Positions 1 through 13,195 are shown, counted from the first letter of the stretch. The stretch is 64,000 bases of DNA from Octopus vulgaris (GCA_951406725.2 OX597826.1:16740001-16804000), one strand, 5' to 3'. Program-made: numbers and translations. Notes: generated by a model from the letters alone, not told the origin.

Positions 1-118
1 ACCACCACCACCGTACAAAACAAAACATCTCAGATGACAACTGAAAAGCTCTATTCCCCAATACATTAACTGACGTAAACAATCTGACAAGAAGCAACCA
101 AAATAACCACCATAACGC

Positions 119-337
119 CTGCGAGCTGGCAGAAACTTTAGGGCGCCGGGCGAAATGCGTAGCTGTATTTCGTCTGCCGTTACGTTGTGAGTTCAAATTC
201 CACCGAGGTCAACTTTGCCTTTCATCCTTTCAGGGTCGATAAATTAAGTACCAGTTACGCACTGGGGTCGATATAATCCCTTTGTCTGTCCTTGTTTGTC
301 CCCTCTGTGTGTAGCCCCTTGTGGGTAGTAAAGAAAT
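119..337 (+). mobile_element. SINE family B (tRNA-like head, conserved core GACTTTGCCTTTCATCCTTTCGGGGTCGATAAATTAAGTACCAG)
   Basis: Near-identical to 38296-38525 (+) and 44950-45180 (-). Box A-like TGGCAGAAAC and box B-like GAGTTCAAATTCC are present. The core resembles the Meta/Sauria-type SINE core (from memory). Confidence 0.85.
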
Positions 338-2424
338 ATATATTATATAAATGATAAGGAAAATGAAAAACAGAAAATCCAACAATACACAATCATTTTT
401 ATATATCTTGTGAAAAATCTGCTCCGTAAATGTGCTGAAGGGTAACAAGAATACAAACTGCCTCGTTCATTCCTTCTAAAGAGAACATGACTTAGACACC
501 AGTTTTCCAACAGACTCTAACAGTCTAATAGCATCTATAAACGTGCACTTAATTAAATAGAAGCCAAATCTACTATTTATCTCAATATGTAAATTGAGCT
601 TTTCCACTGGAACTTCCAGGCATAGAAAAATAAACTGGTACATAAAAGAGGAACTGTCTAAACTGAAATCAAAATTTTATATTCTGATTCCACATATTAC
701 TTGGTGTTCATTTTGATGTGAGAAATAAATAGATAAATTTTAATAAGTATGAATCCACTCGCATAGACACCCCACTAATTCTGCGTTTTGAATACTGAAA
801 ATATAAGGAACTGTAAACTTGTTTTAATACTATTAACTTTTTATTGGTTAAATATTACCTATATAACATTTTATAAATCATATGCAACGCCCACCAACTG
901 AAAGAAACATTTATTGTAATCATTATTTCTACAGTTAGTATTAATTTTATTTATAAGAAAAGCACTTTCAACGTAAAGAAAATGTAAATTCTAAATGACT
1001 ATTACGATATGCGATAAAAGAAATTGTGCACAAACCCCAAACGAAATACATGAACAGTGAACACCATAAAATAGCAATAATAGTATTTATTATTTAATTA
1101 CCATCGTCTTTTCCAGTCAAAGTGAGGTAAACTTTCTCTTGATTTCTGTACATCTAGTATAAATAAATCACAGTATGTGTGTGTATATTAAGTAACGCAT
1201 ACATTTCCACAGTTCCCAACCGATTCTCATGAAACTTTACATACACATTACGTATGTCCCAAGGATGCTTATGTACTATAACATTTTGCCGAGAGCTCTC
1301 ACATAAACTGGACAACCAGGGAGACGGTGGTTTACACGGGTTTTCGTTGTATGTACATAGTTTTATGTATGTAGGGTCTTCAATACTTTTCAAATTTATA
1401 TCGGCATAAAGAGAAAGTGTTTTAATGGTTTTCACATTTTTTAAATTTAATATTATTAATGTTATAAATTGTGTATTAATACTTGGTTAGAGAATGTTAT
1501 ATTTTAACTATTTATTTATTTCTCTGTCCACCTGTTATTATTTATTTATATTTTGGAGTTGTGTATCATTACTTGGTTAGAGAATATTATAAAAGTGAAA
1601 GGATTTTGTCTATTTATTTATTTCGACTGTCCACCTTCGACGGTGATTAAATTGACTAGTAACACTGTACGCAATGAATATCTACTACCAGACAATCTTA
1701 ACCGCCATATTTAAACTGCATTAAACTTTCGCAAGCTTACATTTACCTATTCTTAGTTACTTGAAAGGTGATATTCCCTTTTTTCTATTTGTTGATACCT
1801 TTGTTTCCCTACCAATGCGTTGTTTCACCTTAAGGATGCTTATTTACCCATCTATTAAATTTCGAACGGGACATTTTTCACTGCGAACTGCTCAAGATTC
1901 AAAGCAGTATTCGTGAAGTGAACTCAGATTTTAAACGTATTTATTCAATTTTCTTACACCATTTATGAGACTCTTTCTGACAAGAAATTTCGCTTTTATA
2001 TAAAACAATTATATATTTTGTAGTCGTTATCCGTAATCTACTCCCCAAAACACTTTAGCAGCTCTATTTTGCATCGCTTGCAAAGTTATATGTTCTATGA
2101 TCATTAAAGTGCCACGACCTTCATAATATCCAGCCTTCAATTTGGTTTTCTGTTCCTATGTTAATCGGAAACATAGATAGCCGTGCTACTCATAAACCAT
2201 TTCGGTAGTTCAATTATTTGGTTTAACAAATGTCACCAAAGCCACTTAAATCATCCAGAGGATGAGTGTGTTTGCTACTTTTATATGAATTTGTGCCTAT
2301 TTTCGTTACCTTTTCTGACTTCAGAAGCTTTCCAGTTTTATATTTAAGAGATGAGGAATTATGTACATTAATTGCATTTGATGGATATTTGTTCTCATCT
2401 TCTTACTGCACAGCCACTCCCGCT

Positions 2425-2716
2425 TGAGAGATATTTTGTTTAATTTATAAGCAGATTCAATCAGTCTTTCAATTTTTAGGGCTATTCGCTCAAACCCAAT
2501 ATAAGCAAGAGGAAATTGGTCCTATATTTTTTTCACAACTGCAGCAACAATCCGGTACCATATTTTCACTGTAGGTGAAGATTTGATAACTGTTCTTCGC
2601 GTTTTCTTATGTACATATAATGTCGAAATATATCAGCCTTTGATGAGGTCATCGCTGTAGGAAATTCTTCAGGAAATCCAAATGCTGAATTAGGATGTCT
2701 GCTTAAGGTAGCCATT
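2425..2716 (-). pseudogene. possible degenerate DNA transposase N-terminal fragment (hATm-like)
   Basis: Minus-strand translation across a frameshift gives EFPTAMTSSKADIFRHY...IVAAVVKKI*DQFPLAYIG..IALKIERLI, reminiscent of the LP..VL..Y/VA..V..IW.KA.IP pattern. Weak. Confidence 0.25.
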
Positions 2717-3068
2717 ATATAATTTTGTATGCCTAAATTGTTGCATTTTCAATTTATGGAGGTATTTTTGTAAACTTGTAATGCAATTGACCTCTGAAAT
2801 AATCTGAAAAACAAAAGAAAATTATTTTAAAATGTATACATTTTCTAAAAACAATTCATTTACCATATATTGAAAAGTTGTAGTTTTACCATGTTGGTGG
2901 GGTAGTACACACCAATTGTCTTATATCTCAATGCTTTTGCTATTTTTACTCATCAGATGTTTTAAACAAGGTTTTTACACTGAAATACGATCAAATGTTT
3001 CATATCCATAGGCATTTAGTATATATGTGTTAGAGATTGTATGATTAATATAGAAAAGTAGGGTATAT

Positions 3069-3456
3069 GGGCAGGAGTGGCTCTGTGGTAAGAAGCTTGC
3101 TTACCAACCACATGGTATTGGGTTCAGTCCCACTGCTTAGAACCTTGGCAAGTGTCTTCTACTATAGCCTCAGAACGACCAAAGCCTTGTGAAAGAATCT
3201 GGTTGACGGAAACTAAAAGAAGCCCTCGTATGTATTTATGTATGTGTGTGTATGTGACTGCATCTCTGTTTGTCTCACCACCATCAATTACCAACTGACA
3301 CTGGTGTGTTTACGTCCCCTTAACTTAGTGGTTCGGCAAAAGAGACCGATAGAATAAGTACTAGGCTTCCAAACAATAAGTCCTGGGGTCGATTTGCTCG
3401 ACTAAAGGCGGTGCTCCAGCATGGCCGCAGTCAAATGACTGAAACAAGTAAAAGAG
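3069..3456 (+). mobile_element. SINE family A (tRNA-derived, internal TA/TG microsatellite)
   Basis: GCAGGAGTGGCTCTGTGGTAAG (box A), GGGTTCAGTCCC (box B), tail CAGTCAAATGACTGAAACAAGTAAAAGAG. Homologous to the 10871, 24553 and 28929 copies. Confidence 0.9.
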
Positions 3457-4097
3457 CGTTACTGCTTGCATGCATGTCAATAGGAAGCATAACACTGAGT
3501 GTGCAGTTAAGCAGTAGCTGTCATGTTAGGAATGTCTTCCCTGTGGCAGCTTCAAGAATCTACACACATATTCAACAGAGTAAAGAGAACCGAAATATAT
3601 CTGACTGAGATTGCTTCACTTCAAACAAAGAACTTCTGTATGACAAAATGTATAGTATCCTGATTAATTAGACGCAAGTATAACATATCCGGAGCGAAAG
3701 ATCTATGGCTTTTGATCAACCGGTTTGCACACAGCTTATCCCTATCCGTTCAGAAATGATCTGGGTTGAAGCACAAAATATTATTCGTTCCTCAATTAAA
3801 ATGGGTACTGGTCTCTAGATTATGATTATCAGGTTACGTATGATAATAATTAATAGACTATAAATATTTTGCCCGTGGATATTTATTGAATTTATCAGAT
3901 ATTCACAAACGTTAATCACTGCAGACATTCAATATATCTTAACTATTATACACACCATCAATGACATTTCCATCACAATGGATCAGGTGTTACCAGACGG
4001 CAGCCTATGAGTAATAACAATATGAGTGAAAAACAACTGATCACTCAGGTAGGGAATTGGATGAATAACTAATTCACTGAGAACGACGACGAGTGCA

Positions 4098-4238
4098 ATG
4101 ATGATAATCCTCCTCGTGTTCATGATCATTATGATGATTATCATAATGCGCATATTGACGATCATGATAACTATGATAATCATGATCATCATGGTGGTCA
4201 TGATGACAACGATGATAACGATGACGATGATGATGATG
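4098..4238. repeat. degenerate (ATG/ATC)n microsatellite
   Basis: Imperfect trinucleotide run; source of the Met/Ile-rich ORFs. Confidence 0.85.
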
Positions 4239-4827
4239 TATAAAGTTTGTTTAAGTAGCATGTATGAAAACGTCGATGTTAAATATTAAGACTAATTAAA
4301 ATATAATTGACACATGATAAAATCTGGATGATCGATTTTATAATTGTGAAATGAACTGTTTCTGACCTTGAATAGATTAAATAATGATCTGATAGAACGT
4401 TATTAATTAAGAAATTATATTATGCGGGAGAAAAACCACAATAAAGTGAAATAATAAGATTGAAATACAAATCAAAGAGACCCAGAGGGAGTACAGTTTA
4501 CATGATTACAACACTTGTACAAGTCTTATTGATGAAATTATTATTAGTGGCGAATTTCTTTCTTTCTTTCTGTTGCTATTTTTGAGCTATTTTTGTGATT
4601 GTTGTCTCTGTTGGGGGTTATTATTCTCATTGAAAATACACATTTTGGGATCAGCTAAACAGACGATTATGCGGATAAAATTAACTGGAAGTATTATGTT
4701 TAAGTAAAAAATGACCTTCTAAGATAATGGGCTACTGAATTGTAAATTACATAAATAAAAACTAATTAAATTATTCCAACAAATACCTGGAATATGTATA
4801 ACTAATTTTTATAAAAATGTATCATTT

Positions 4828-5221
4828 TTTCTCTGATTAGGATATCTATTTGATACACACACGAATACAGGCATATGTATATATATACAATCAGCTGAAA
4901 TCGCAAAGATAATCTGGAACTCGACTGAGGAAGGATAACTCCAAATGAGCCGTCCTTGTTTTCCTTGTATCATCTATCTGGATATACACATATCAAAAAT
5001 AGAAAACGGGACAAGAACGCAAAACATTCAGACAGTTAGGTGACACAAGAAAGTGACCGCAAAGCATCCAGATAGATGATACAAGGAAAACAAGGACGGC
5101 TCATTTGGAGTTATCTTTCCTCAGTCGAGTTCCAGATTATCTTTGCGATTTCAGCTGGTTGTATATATATACACATGCCTGTATTCGTGTGTGTATCAAA
5201 TAGATATCCTAATCAGAGAAA
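4828..5221. repeat. ~155 bp inverted repeat (4828-4983 / 5066-5221) carrying a degenerate hammerhead motif
   Basis: Arms are reverse complements with about 3 substitutions. CTGAGGA-AGGA-TAAC-TCC-AAA starts at 4925. The right arm abuts (TA)n. Confidence 0.9.
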
Positions 5222-7359
5222 TATATATATATATATATAGCGAGAGAGAGAGAGACAGACAGACAGAGAGTGAGATAGAGATATCTATACATATATATAT
5301 ATATATATACATACATACATACATACATACACACACGCATATATATACACATATATATGCATATTTACATTCACGCATTCATAGAGAAAGCTTTGCGTAC
5401 AGAATGAATAAACGCTGTACTGTTGGATTAGAAGAGTGCGCAGATCTATAATCACAGGATGATGGCAGCTTTACTGCAATCATCTCGACTCGTGAGGCAT
5501 CTATTCGTTAGATTGCCGGTGTTGTAACTAAGCTTATTCTGTTTCCTTATCGCATCTCCCTTAAGTATAAGGTATACTCCCTAAGATCTGTAATTATTGT
5601 ACCTTGATCTGCGTCTTTGATGTATTTTGGAAATATTTTTTAAACCCATTTCCAAAGGTACGTTTATTGTTTATTTCCGTTAATATTTAATACATATATT
5701 TTTATTTTATATTGTATTAATAATAATAACATGTCTAAGAATTCTTTTTGATAAACCAATATAATTATATTATAATTTATAAAATAATCCTTATCTTATT
5801 GTATTTTATTCTAACTTATCCTTATATGTCAGTTATACCTTTTGAATCATTCTTTAAAGAAATGTTTTATAAAATTTTATAACATTTTGATATTTTGTGT
5901 ATTTTATTTTATTAAATTTTTTGGTTTTTAAATACCCTCTCATGCATTTCTCTAGCTTCTATAGCTTATAAAGTGTTTTGAGGTTTATAACTTCATTTCA
6001 TAAAGCTCATAAGACTCACTGCATAATACAATATTATGTATTTTATATTTGAATTTACACATTGTTTTATAAATGTTTTTCATTTATATTTGATATTTTT
6101 ATGCATTTGTATATATATATTTCATATATTTTATAAATGTTTATAATTCATAAATAATTTTTTTTTTACAATTCATGAGGTGTTTTTATATAATTTACTG
6201 GATATGGGAATTACTTTAGTAATTTTTTTTTATCACGGAATATATTGATTAAACGTTTATATGTCCAAACTGGTTCAGGTTTTATCATGATCTTCTAAAC
6301 ACTATGCTTAGGAAAAGTCCTAATAGTTATTCTTATATTAAAGGTTTTAAATAGGTTTAAAATTTATTTTCTATCATTATTCTATTTATTGATTTAGATT
6401 TTTTCAGTTTAATATCATAAATTTCCTAAGTTATAAATTACTACGTCCTATACCGTTCAATTCTAATTTACACCCCTAAAGTTTATATTACTTATCTCTT
6501 TTGGTTTTTCATTATATTCCCCTTTAAGTTCATAATCCAATTAATTATTGACCACTCCCTCATTCATTCTTCCATTTATCCCCCTTCCCTATCAGGCATT
6601 CCCTTACTAATAACCCTACAACCTACACTTTTGTGTAAAAATAGGTATATGGTTCCAGTACACTGACAGTCTACTTGATTGATTGACATTAATTGATTTA
6701 TCACCATTAACTAGAATACAGTTGTAAACTCCCAATGGAACTGATTCTAAATGATTGAAGACTCCAATCTACATAAAATCTCCTAAATATATGTAACTAG
6801 ATCACCATTCTTTTTATCCTGACCCCTACTGTTTCCTCTGCTACTCTCTAAATTATAATAGGCTTGACGTGGTATGCATTGTTTTCTAAATTCATTCTGC
6901 CACAGATAAGACAAAAGAAACAATGTAAATATTTTGAATTCCATTATTAATATAAATATGTTTTTAAGAATGGTTATATCCTTATATTTCAAGTCTATGC
7001 GGTCATCTAACGAGAACGGTTACTTTCAAACCGATGTAATGCTTTCAGTAATCAAATAAACGAGACGCTTGAAACGGCCGTAAGGAATTGACACCAGTAC
7101 ATCTTTGTTACTCATTTATATTCTGTTCACTTACCTTGGAATTTGCACTTCGGAAATACTACAGAAAGAACATTTATAAAAGTAAATATCCGAATTACCA
7201 AGATCGGATATCTTCAGTTAGCAGGAACATTAGTTTTAAACACCCCTGTATGGAGTCTTGATATTCAATATTTAATTAGTATTGTCTAGGTGTTCGGATT
7301 ATACCGACCTAGCAATGTGCCTCAATTTAAGTACCTAATTCAAATGAATCTTAATTTAT

Positions 7360-7411
7360 TTTACACACGCACACACGTGCACACACATACACACACATGC
7401 GCACACACACA

Positions 7412-7497
<86 letters not shown>
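7360..7497. repeat. (CA)n + (TA)n microsatellite
   Basis: Direct observation. Confidence 0.95.
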
Positions 7498-7498
<1 letters not shown>

Positions 7499-7819
7499 GT
7501 CTTATGTAATAGAACAGAGTTTGTGTGGATTCGAAAACTGAGGTGCCGATTGTGATGTGTAGTATCAAAAGATACGGTATTCTTTCGACTACCAAATAAA
7601 CTATGTTGTTTGCATAACAACTCTTTTTTACTACAGAAATAACCTTCAAATAACCTTTAATGCGAAATATGTTTGTCCATCCCATAGATATGTTTGTCCA
7701 TCCCATAGATATATTTTCTTCCCGAAATACTGTAAATCTGTCTTTCTTTGGATGAAAGGGTGTTTTAAAGAAATTTGGCTGCAATTTGTAGTAGCTCAAG
7801 TTATCAAAGAGGCACCTGT

Positions 7820-7859
<40 letters not shown>

Positions 7860-7894
7860 TGTTTTGCTGTGGCGTGTGTGTGTGTGTGTTTTGC

Positions 7895-8162
7895 TCTGGC
7901 TCAGATACCAGGAAACCTCAAAATGGCGGAAATTCAAAAGATAGTGCTCATGGTAACTTCCGTATCTTACGTAAAATACTCTCTATGTACTTATAATTTC
8001 TTATGTTCTCTTAAACATTCTCTAGAACAATACTATATGCAAAACCAAATATATGACACCCAAGGCATAACACCAACTTGAACTTCTAACTTATTGTCTC
8101 TTGAGGTCTCCGGGTGAGACTTGGAGTTAACTTGTACAAATAGAAAGCAAAGGTGAAATATA

Positions 8163-8164
<2 letters not shown>
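7895..8164 (+). mobile_element. 5'-truncated R4/Dong-clade (RLE) LINE 3' end
   Basis: LAQIPGNLKMAEIQKIVLM.T, then after a frameshift ILRKILSM, matches the C-terminus at 63469-63564. The 3' UTR stem-loop has a CGGGT loop. The copy lies between (TG)n and (AAG)n. Confidence 0.8.
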
Positions 8165-8193
<29 letters not shown>

Positions 8194-8210
8194 AAGAAGA
8201 AGAAGAAGAA

Positions 8211-8272
<62 letters not shown>

Positions 8273-8434
8273 AGAAGACGAAGAAGAAGAACAACAACAA
8301 CAACAAAAACAACAAGATTCTTTTCTGTATAGGCCACAAGAGCAGAACACAAAATTGTAGAAATTTAATGGTAATAATTATAGTACTAGAGATAGCCCCG
8401 CAGAAGAAGCAATAGGAACACGAACAACAATGAC

Positions 8435-8469
<35 letters not shown>

Positions 8470-8515
8470 GGAGGAGGAGGAGGAGGAGGGAGAGGAGGAG
8501 GGGGAGAAGGATGAT
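8165..8515. repeat. (AAG)n, (AAC)n, (GAT)n, (GAG)n microsatellite cluster
   Basis: Direct observation. Confidence 0.95.
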
Positions 8516-8854
8516 GACTAAAAGAAAATAGTATTGTGGGTGGAAGGGGAAGTACGGCGGATATAGACAATAAACCACATGACACAAGTGAGAGGTGTGA
8601 TAATGAAACTAACCAGAACTCTACTTAGTGTACCTAGACATGCCAATGTATAAAAGAAAAATAGTTAATAGGAGTGTGTGGGCCTCAAGGAGTTGAAGCA
8701 AACCCCCACCCCCCAAAAAATACTGGAAGAAACTTAAGTATGGCATAAAAGTATTTGTCAACATGTTAGTTTTGAGCGAACGTGGAGTTGCTGATGACGT
8801 AGAGTAAATTAAGATTACAATTATAATCGGCCTAATAACACTAGAATAGGGCCA

Positions 8855-8959
<105 letters not shown>

Positions 8960-9221
8960 AGAAGCAATTAGGAGTAAAGTATCAAAAGTAAAGACTAAAT
9001 ACTTAATACTTGGGGAACAAAATATTAGAAATCATTGCAAAGGCATTAATTCTTAATAGCGTTCTCTTCTTTGGCATTGACAGGTGTCAAAATTTGTTCA
9101 GTCTATTTACAATTTTACCTTTATTCATATTTTATTTCCTTCCAACAGAATCAAAACACAAAACCTGGCAAATGCACACTGTAAGTGCATTTGATGCAGG
9201 TCTGAAGAAATGGCACACATA

Positions 9222-9277
<56 letters not shown>

Positions 9278-9369
9278 ATATATGTGTGTGTGAGAATTTG
9301 TGTGTATGTGTGTTATTTGTGCGTGTGTGTGTGTAAGTGATGTCTACCGTCTCTTAAATATGACTGTTC

Positions 9370-9560
9370 CATAGGAACCGACGTTACTGCTATTTTCAAC
9401 TTCAAGAGAAGGCCTTCAGCTGGTTATTCGAGGCAAACTTCACCCGACATATATCGCAAGCAGGGGAGTGAACCCCTCTCTTCTTCTAGCCATGAGACCA
9501 CCAGATCGTACGGTTTCGACCTCTATGATCACCGTCAGTGGTCGATACTGGCCCGTTAGA
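9370..9560 (-). mobile_element. hammerhead-bearing short repeat, family C (PLE pLTR-like)
   Basis: Shares CATAGG.AC.GA.G.TACTG..ATT and GGGGAG..AA....TCTAGCC.TG blocks with 13010-13200 and, in part, with 24040-24140 and 9697-9750. Hammerhead-like motif at 9500-9542. Confidence 0.6.
9500..9542 (-). ncRNA. degenerate type I hammerhead ribozyme
   Basis: Minus strand reads ACCA-CTGACGG-TGATC-ATAGA-GGTC-GAAAC-CGTACG-ATC-TGGT. Stems I and II pair and loop III is palindromic. A9>G change; 15.2/16.2 mismatch. Confidence 0.6.
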
Positions 9561-10870
9561 GATAAGAGTTTACACCAACGACACAACCACTGATATTGCG
9601 ACAAGCAAATTAGCTAATTAGAAAGTATCTATAAGATATGAGAGCATTAACTGTACTGAGAAGTAAAGTCTATTGGCACTTAAACATGGTTTTTCCGTAG
9701 GAACCGACATTACTGCTATTTTAAACTCCAGGAGAATGTCGCATCTCTTATACAGATTTTCTGATTAGGCTATCTGCTCGTTGCAAGATTATTGACTGTG
9801 TGTCGCTTGGTTTTCTATATATTGCGAAGTGGAGAAAGCTACTGCTATATACATAAACAGGTGAACAATAAGCTCCGTATGGATTTAACTACGGCCAGCT
9901 GCGCTCTAACTGAACCATTCCTTGTTCTCTATATATCAACAAACGTATCCAAAATGTCTTCCATAATTCGAGACACTTGAACTTTATTTGATGGAATTTT
10001 GTCGATATTTCTATTTGACGGGACAATCAAGTGGAAGATATTTTCCCGGTTATATACATTGCTTTTCTTGTTAGATGATTCAAATAAATTATAATGACCT
10101 CATCAATTTCAGTGGCAGTAACTGATCGATAAGGGGCAACCGACGGGTACCGTTATATAAATATATAACACGTTTCCTTTGAAAGTATTCATCATCTAAA
10201 TCATCACATTCGCCTAGGGTAGTCAAGAAATTTTAGTCATCCAGAATATTTCATATAAAATGTTCATAATGCCCTTATGCTCGCATTTGCTTTACCTTAT
10301 ACATTTTGCCAATATATCAATTTCCACTCATCAAGATATACCGAAGCATGTTTTTTCCTTTGAATCTCCAAATATTATTCAATAGATTTTATTATAGAGT
10401 ATCGGCTTAATTCCACCAGAAAAAAAAAAAAAACAGGTATTTTTTTTCTATTCACAAGAATCACTATATTCCTTCCTCCCTTTCGCAGAATTTAGTGAAG
10501 GTACTCAGCTGCAGTGAAAGATATCGGGCTTAACGTGCTTCTATAAGAAAACGCACGTAAGCAAATTTATATCAAAGCAGGAGAGAATCGGAAAGTAGAG
10601 CTTATCAAGTAATTTGACCTTTAATTAGCATTGACAAGAATGAAAGCTTCTTTAACCTTTTGAAATTAAACTGTTTGTCAGGAAGAAGATTGTCGGAAGT
10701 AGTTAAAACAGTAGATACGAACAAACGCGTGTTTGTACGCACACACAACGAAACAGAGATAAACACAAATATACACACACATTCAGATATACACAGAAAC
10801 ACAAGCAAGTCCGTACGCATGCACATAAACGTATGAATATGAAGAATACATACATACATAAACAAAATTC

Positions 10871-11213
10871 CAGGACTGGTTCTGTGGTAAGTAGCTTGCT
10901 TACTAACAACATAGCTCCTGGTTCAGTCCTACTGCGTGGCACCTTGGGCAAGTCTCTTCTGCTTTAGCCTCGGGCCGTCCAAAGCCTTGAGCATAGATTT
11001 GGTAAACAGAAACTGAAAGAACCCCGTCGTATATATGTCTGTGTGGTGTATGTCTGTGTTTGTTCCCCAAACCATTGATGTTTGTGTGTTTACGTCCCCG
11101 TAACTTAGTGGCTCGGCAAAACAAACCGATGGAATAAGTACTAGGCTTACAAAGAATAGTCCTGGGGGTGATTGTATGGCCGCAGTCAAATGACTGAAGT
11201 AAATAAAAGATAA
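10871..11213 (+). mobile_element. SINE family A
   Basis: Homologous to 3069-3456 with an internal deletion near the 3' end. Confidence 0.9.
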
Positions 11214-11488
11214 AACAATACATAGATACATACGTACACACATACATACATATGTGCATACAAATGCACACAGGCATGCTGGCACACACACATGCGCGCA
11301 AAACACAAAGAAGGAACGCAGTTCCGATAACAGACAGAACTAACATCTACTGAGAAATTTGCAAAATCAACGAAAATTTTGTAAAAGCAAAATGTACATA
11401 TATATATATATATATAATAAATGAGTGGATATTGTCCTGTGAGTGTGTTAGATATTAAGGCATTAAGCCAATATGAATCTCCCCAGAC

Positions 11489-11539
<51 letters not shown>

Positions 11540-11631
11540 TAGGGTGGCAAAAAAAATTTTGTAGAATTCTTTTGCCACCAGCGGCCTAGTAGGAAAAAAT
11601 TAAATAGTCATAGACCATTTTTAAGTTCAAC

Positions 11632-11971
11632 ATCAACAATTAAGGAACGGCCATAATAGGCCATTCACCCACTAGAAATAACAGCCAAAGCTTCAACCGC
11701 AAATAAAAGTTAATTCTGTAAACCAGGAGAAAATTTTAAAAATTTTTAAATTTTAAAATTTTAAAATTTTAAAAATTTTTTTAAATTTTAAAAAATTTAA
11801 AAAATTTTAAAAACCAGGAGAAAATTTTAAAAAATTTTTAAAAAATTTTAAAAAATGTAAATGTTTTTAAAATTTTCTCCTGGTTTACAGAATTAACTTT
11901 TATTTGCAGTTGAAGCGGCTGTTATTTCTAGTGGGTGAATGGCCTATTATGGCCGTTCCTTAATTGTTGAT
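11632..11971. repeat. ~110 bp inverted repeat with an A4T4-type spacer array
   Basis: 11632-11740 is the reverse complement of 11864-11971. The spacer is made of AAAATTTT units plus a repeated AAACCAGGAGAAAATTTT. The right arm abuts (TA)n. Confidence 0.9.
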
Positions 11972-12039
11972 ATATATATATATATATATATAAATATATA
12001 TAATATATAATATATATAATATATATATATATATATAAT

Positions 12040-12420
12040 AAAAGGGTAAAATTAATCAATTATTTAATTAGCCAATTAATTAATTAATAATTAATAATTT
12101 TACCAAGTAGTCTGGTACGTTAAAATAACCTTTTTAGGTAAAATTATACAAATATTCTATAATTATAAATGTAATTAAATTCTGGAGTCAGCTAATTGCT
12201 TCGCCACACACCGAATTTGGAAACAGGAGATAGAATGACTTTTCTACTACCATAAAGATCTCCCGGAAAGTAACACTTTTTTACGTAGGCAAAAAGAAAA
12301 AGTAACGAATCCACACTAATCAGATTAACTACATACGCGTTTCGAGATTAAAGTGAATTATATTTACTTCATTCTCATCTTCAGTGCAGCATTTCGAAAT
12401 ATAAATTTGCGAGTGTTAGG
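12040..12420 (-). mobile_element. short PLE pLTR/retrozyme-like element with a 5' hammerhead, 3' end running into (TA)n
   Basis: The hammerhead lies near the inferred 5' end and about 290 nt of non-coding sequence ends at the TA tract 11971-12039. Boundaries are approximate. Confidence 0.5.
12329..12389 (-). ncRNA. minimal type I hammerhead ribozyme, canonical core
   Basis: Minus strand reads CTGCA-CTGAAGA-TGAGA...TCTC-GAAAC-GC-GTA-TGTAG. CUGANGA, GAAA and a GUA cleavage triplet are present. Stem I is 5 bp, the stem II base is GAGA/TCTC, and stem-loop III is the palindrome ACGCGT. Confidence 0.8.
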
Positions 12421-12799
12421 ATTAAATATGTACGAGATCAAGCGTCATTGCATAACCGATAGTCAACCAATTCTTCTCAAAACATACAACCGAATGTGAA
12501 AACGTATTTTTCCTTTGGAATAAGATGCAGAGGGTATTGGTAGCAAACAGAGAGAAGTTCCCATTTTGGTAGTAGACCCATTTTTCATCACCGATCACCT
12601 ATCTGTCCACCGAGAATGAAGAGAAGAGCTGAAGTCCACTCGGTATTTGCGGTGGCCTTCAGACACTTCATGAGGCACCCATTTGCGAGTTTGGGGGCCT
12701 TCCCAAAGTCTTGAAGATGTCAATGAACAGTTGTATGACATGAACGAAGCTTGATTGCCAATTATTCAACTGAAACAGCGTGATCTTTTCAAGTTCTTC

Positions 12800-12935
<136 letters not shown>

Positions 12936-13152
12936 GCAATAATATATCTCTGAGCGAGACGTAAACAGTAGCAGCACGGAATCGTGAAATTTATTTTCCA
13001 CCTAAATGAGGCGGACCCATAGGGGACGATGCTACTGTCATTTATAGCCCCAAGAAGACATCTCCTCCAGATAGCTAACGACATACTGTCTGTGTCCGAT
13101 TAGTATTTGGAAGGGGAGGTAATCGCACCTATCTCTAGCCTTGCGTGAGATA

Positions 13153-13195
13153 CACAGACCCGGATTTCTGGGTAGTTACCCGTCTTCATTCTGTG
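13153..13195 (-). ncRNA. degenerate type I hammerhead in a family C repeat (about 12960-13260)
   Basis: Minus strand reads CACA-GA-ATGAAGA-CGGGT-AACT-ACCC-A-GAAAT-CCGG-GTC-TGTG. C3>A change, palindromic CCGG loop, GUC triplet. Confidence 0.6.

Noticed and set aside
3069-3140. tRNA gene
   Set aside because: Box A and B are present but there is no cloverleaf; it is a SINE head.
5700-7000. Degenerate PLE coding region
   Set aside because: Only vague peptide resemblance in extremely AT-rich sequence.
7185-7222. CTGAAGA plus hairpin TATCCGA/TCGGATA on the minus strand
   Set aside because: No GAAA or cleavage triplet follows.
7667-7712. 21 bp tandem duplication (similar ones near 1480-1636 and 45435-45471)
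   Set aside because: Ordinary local slippage duplications.
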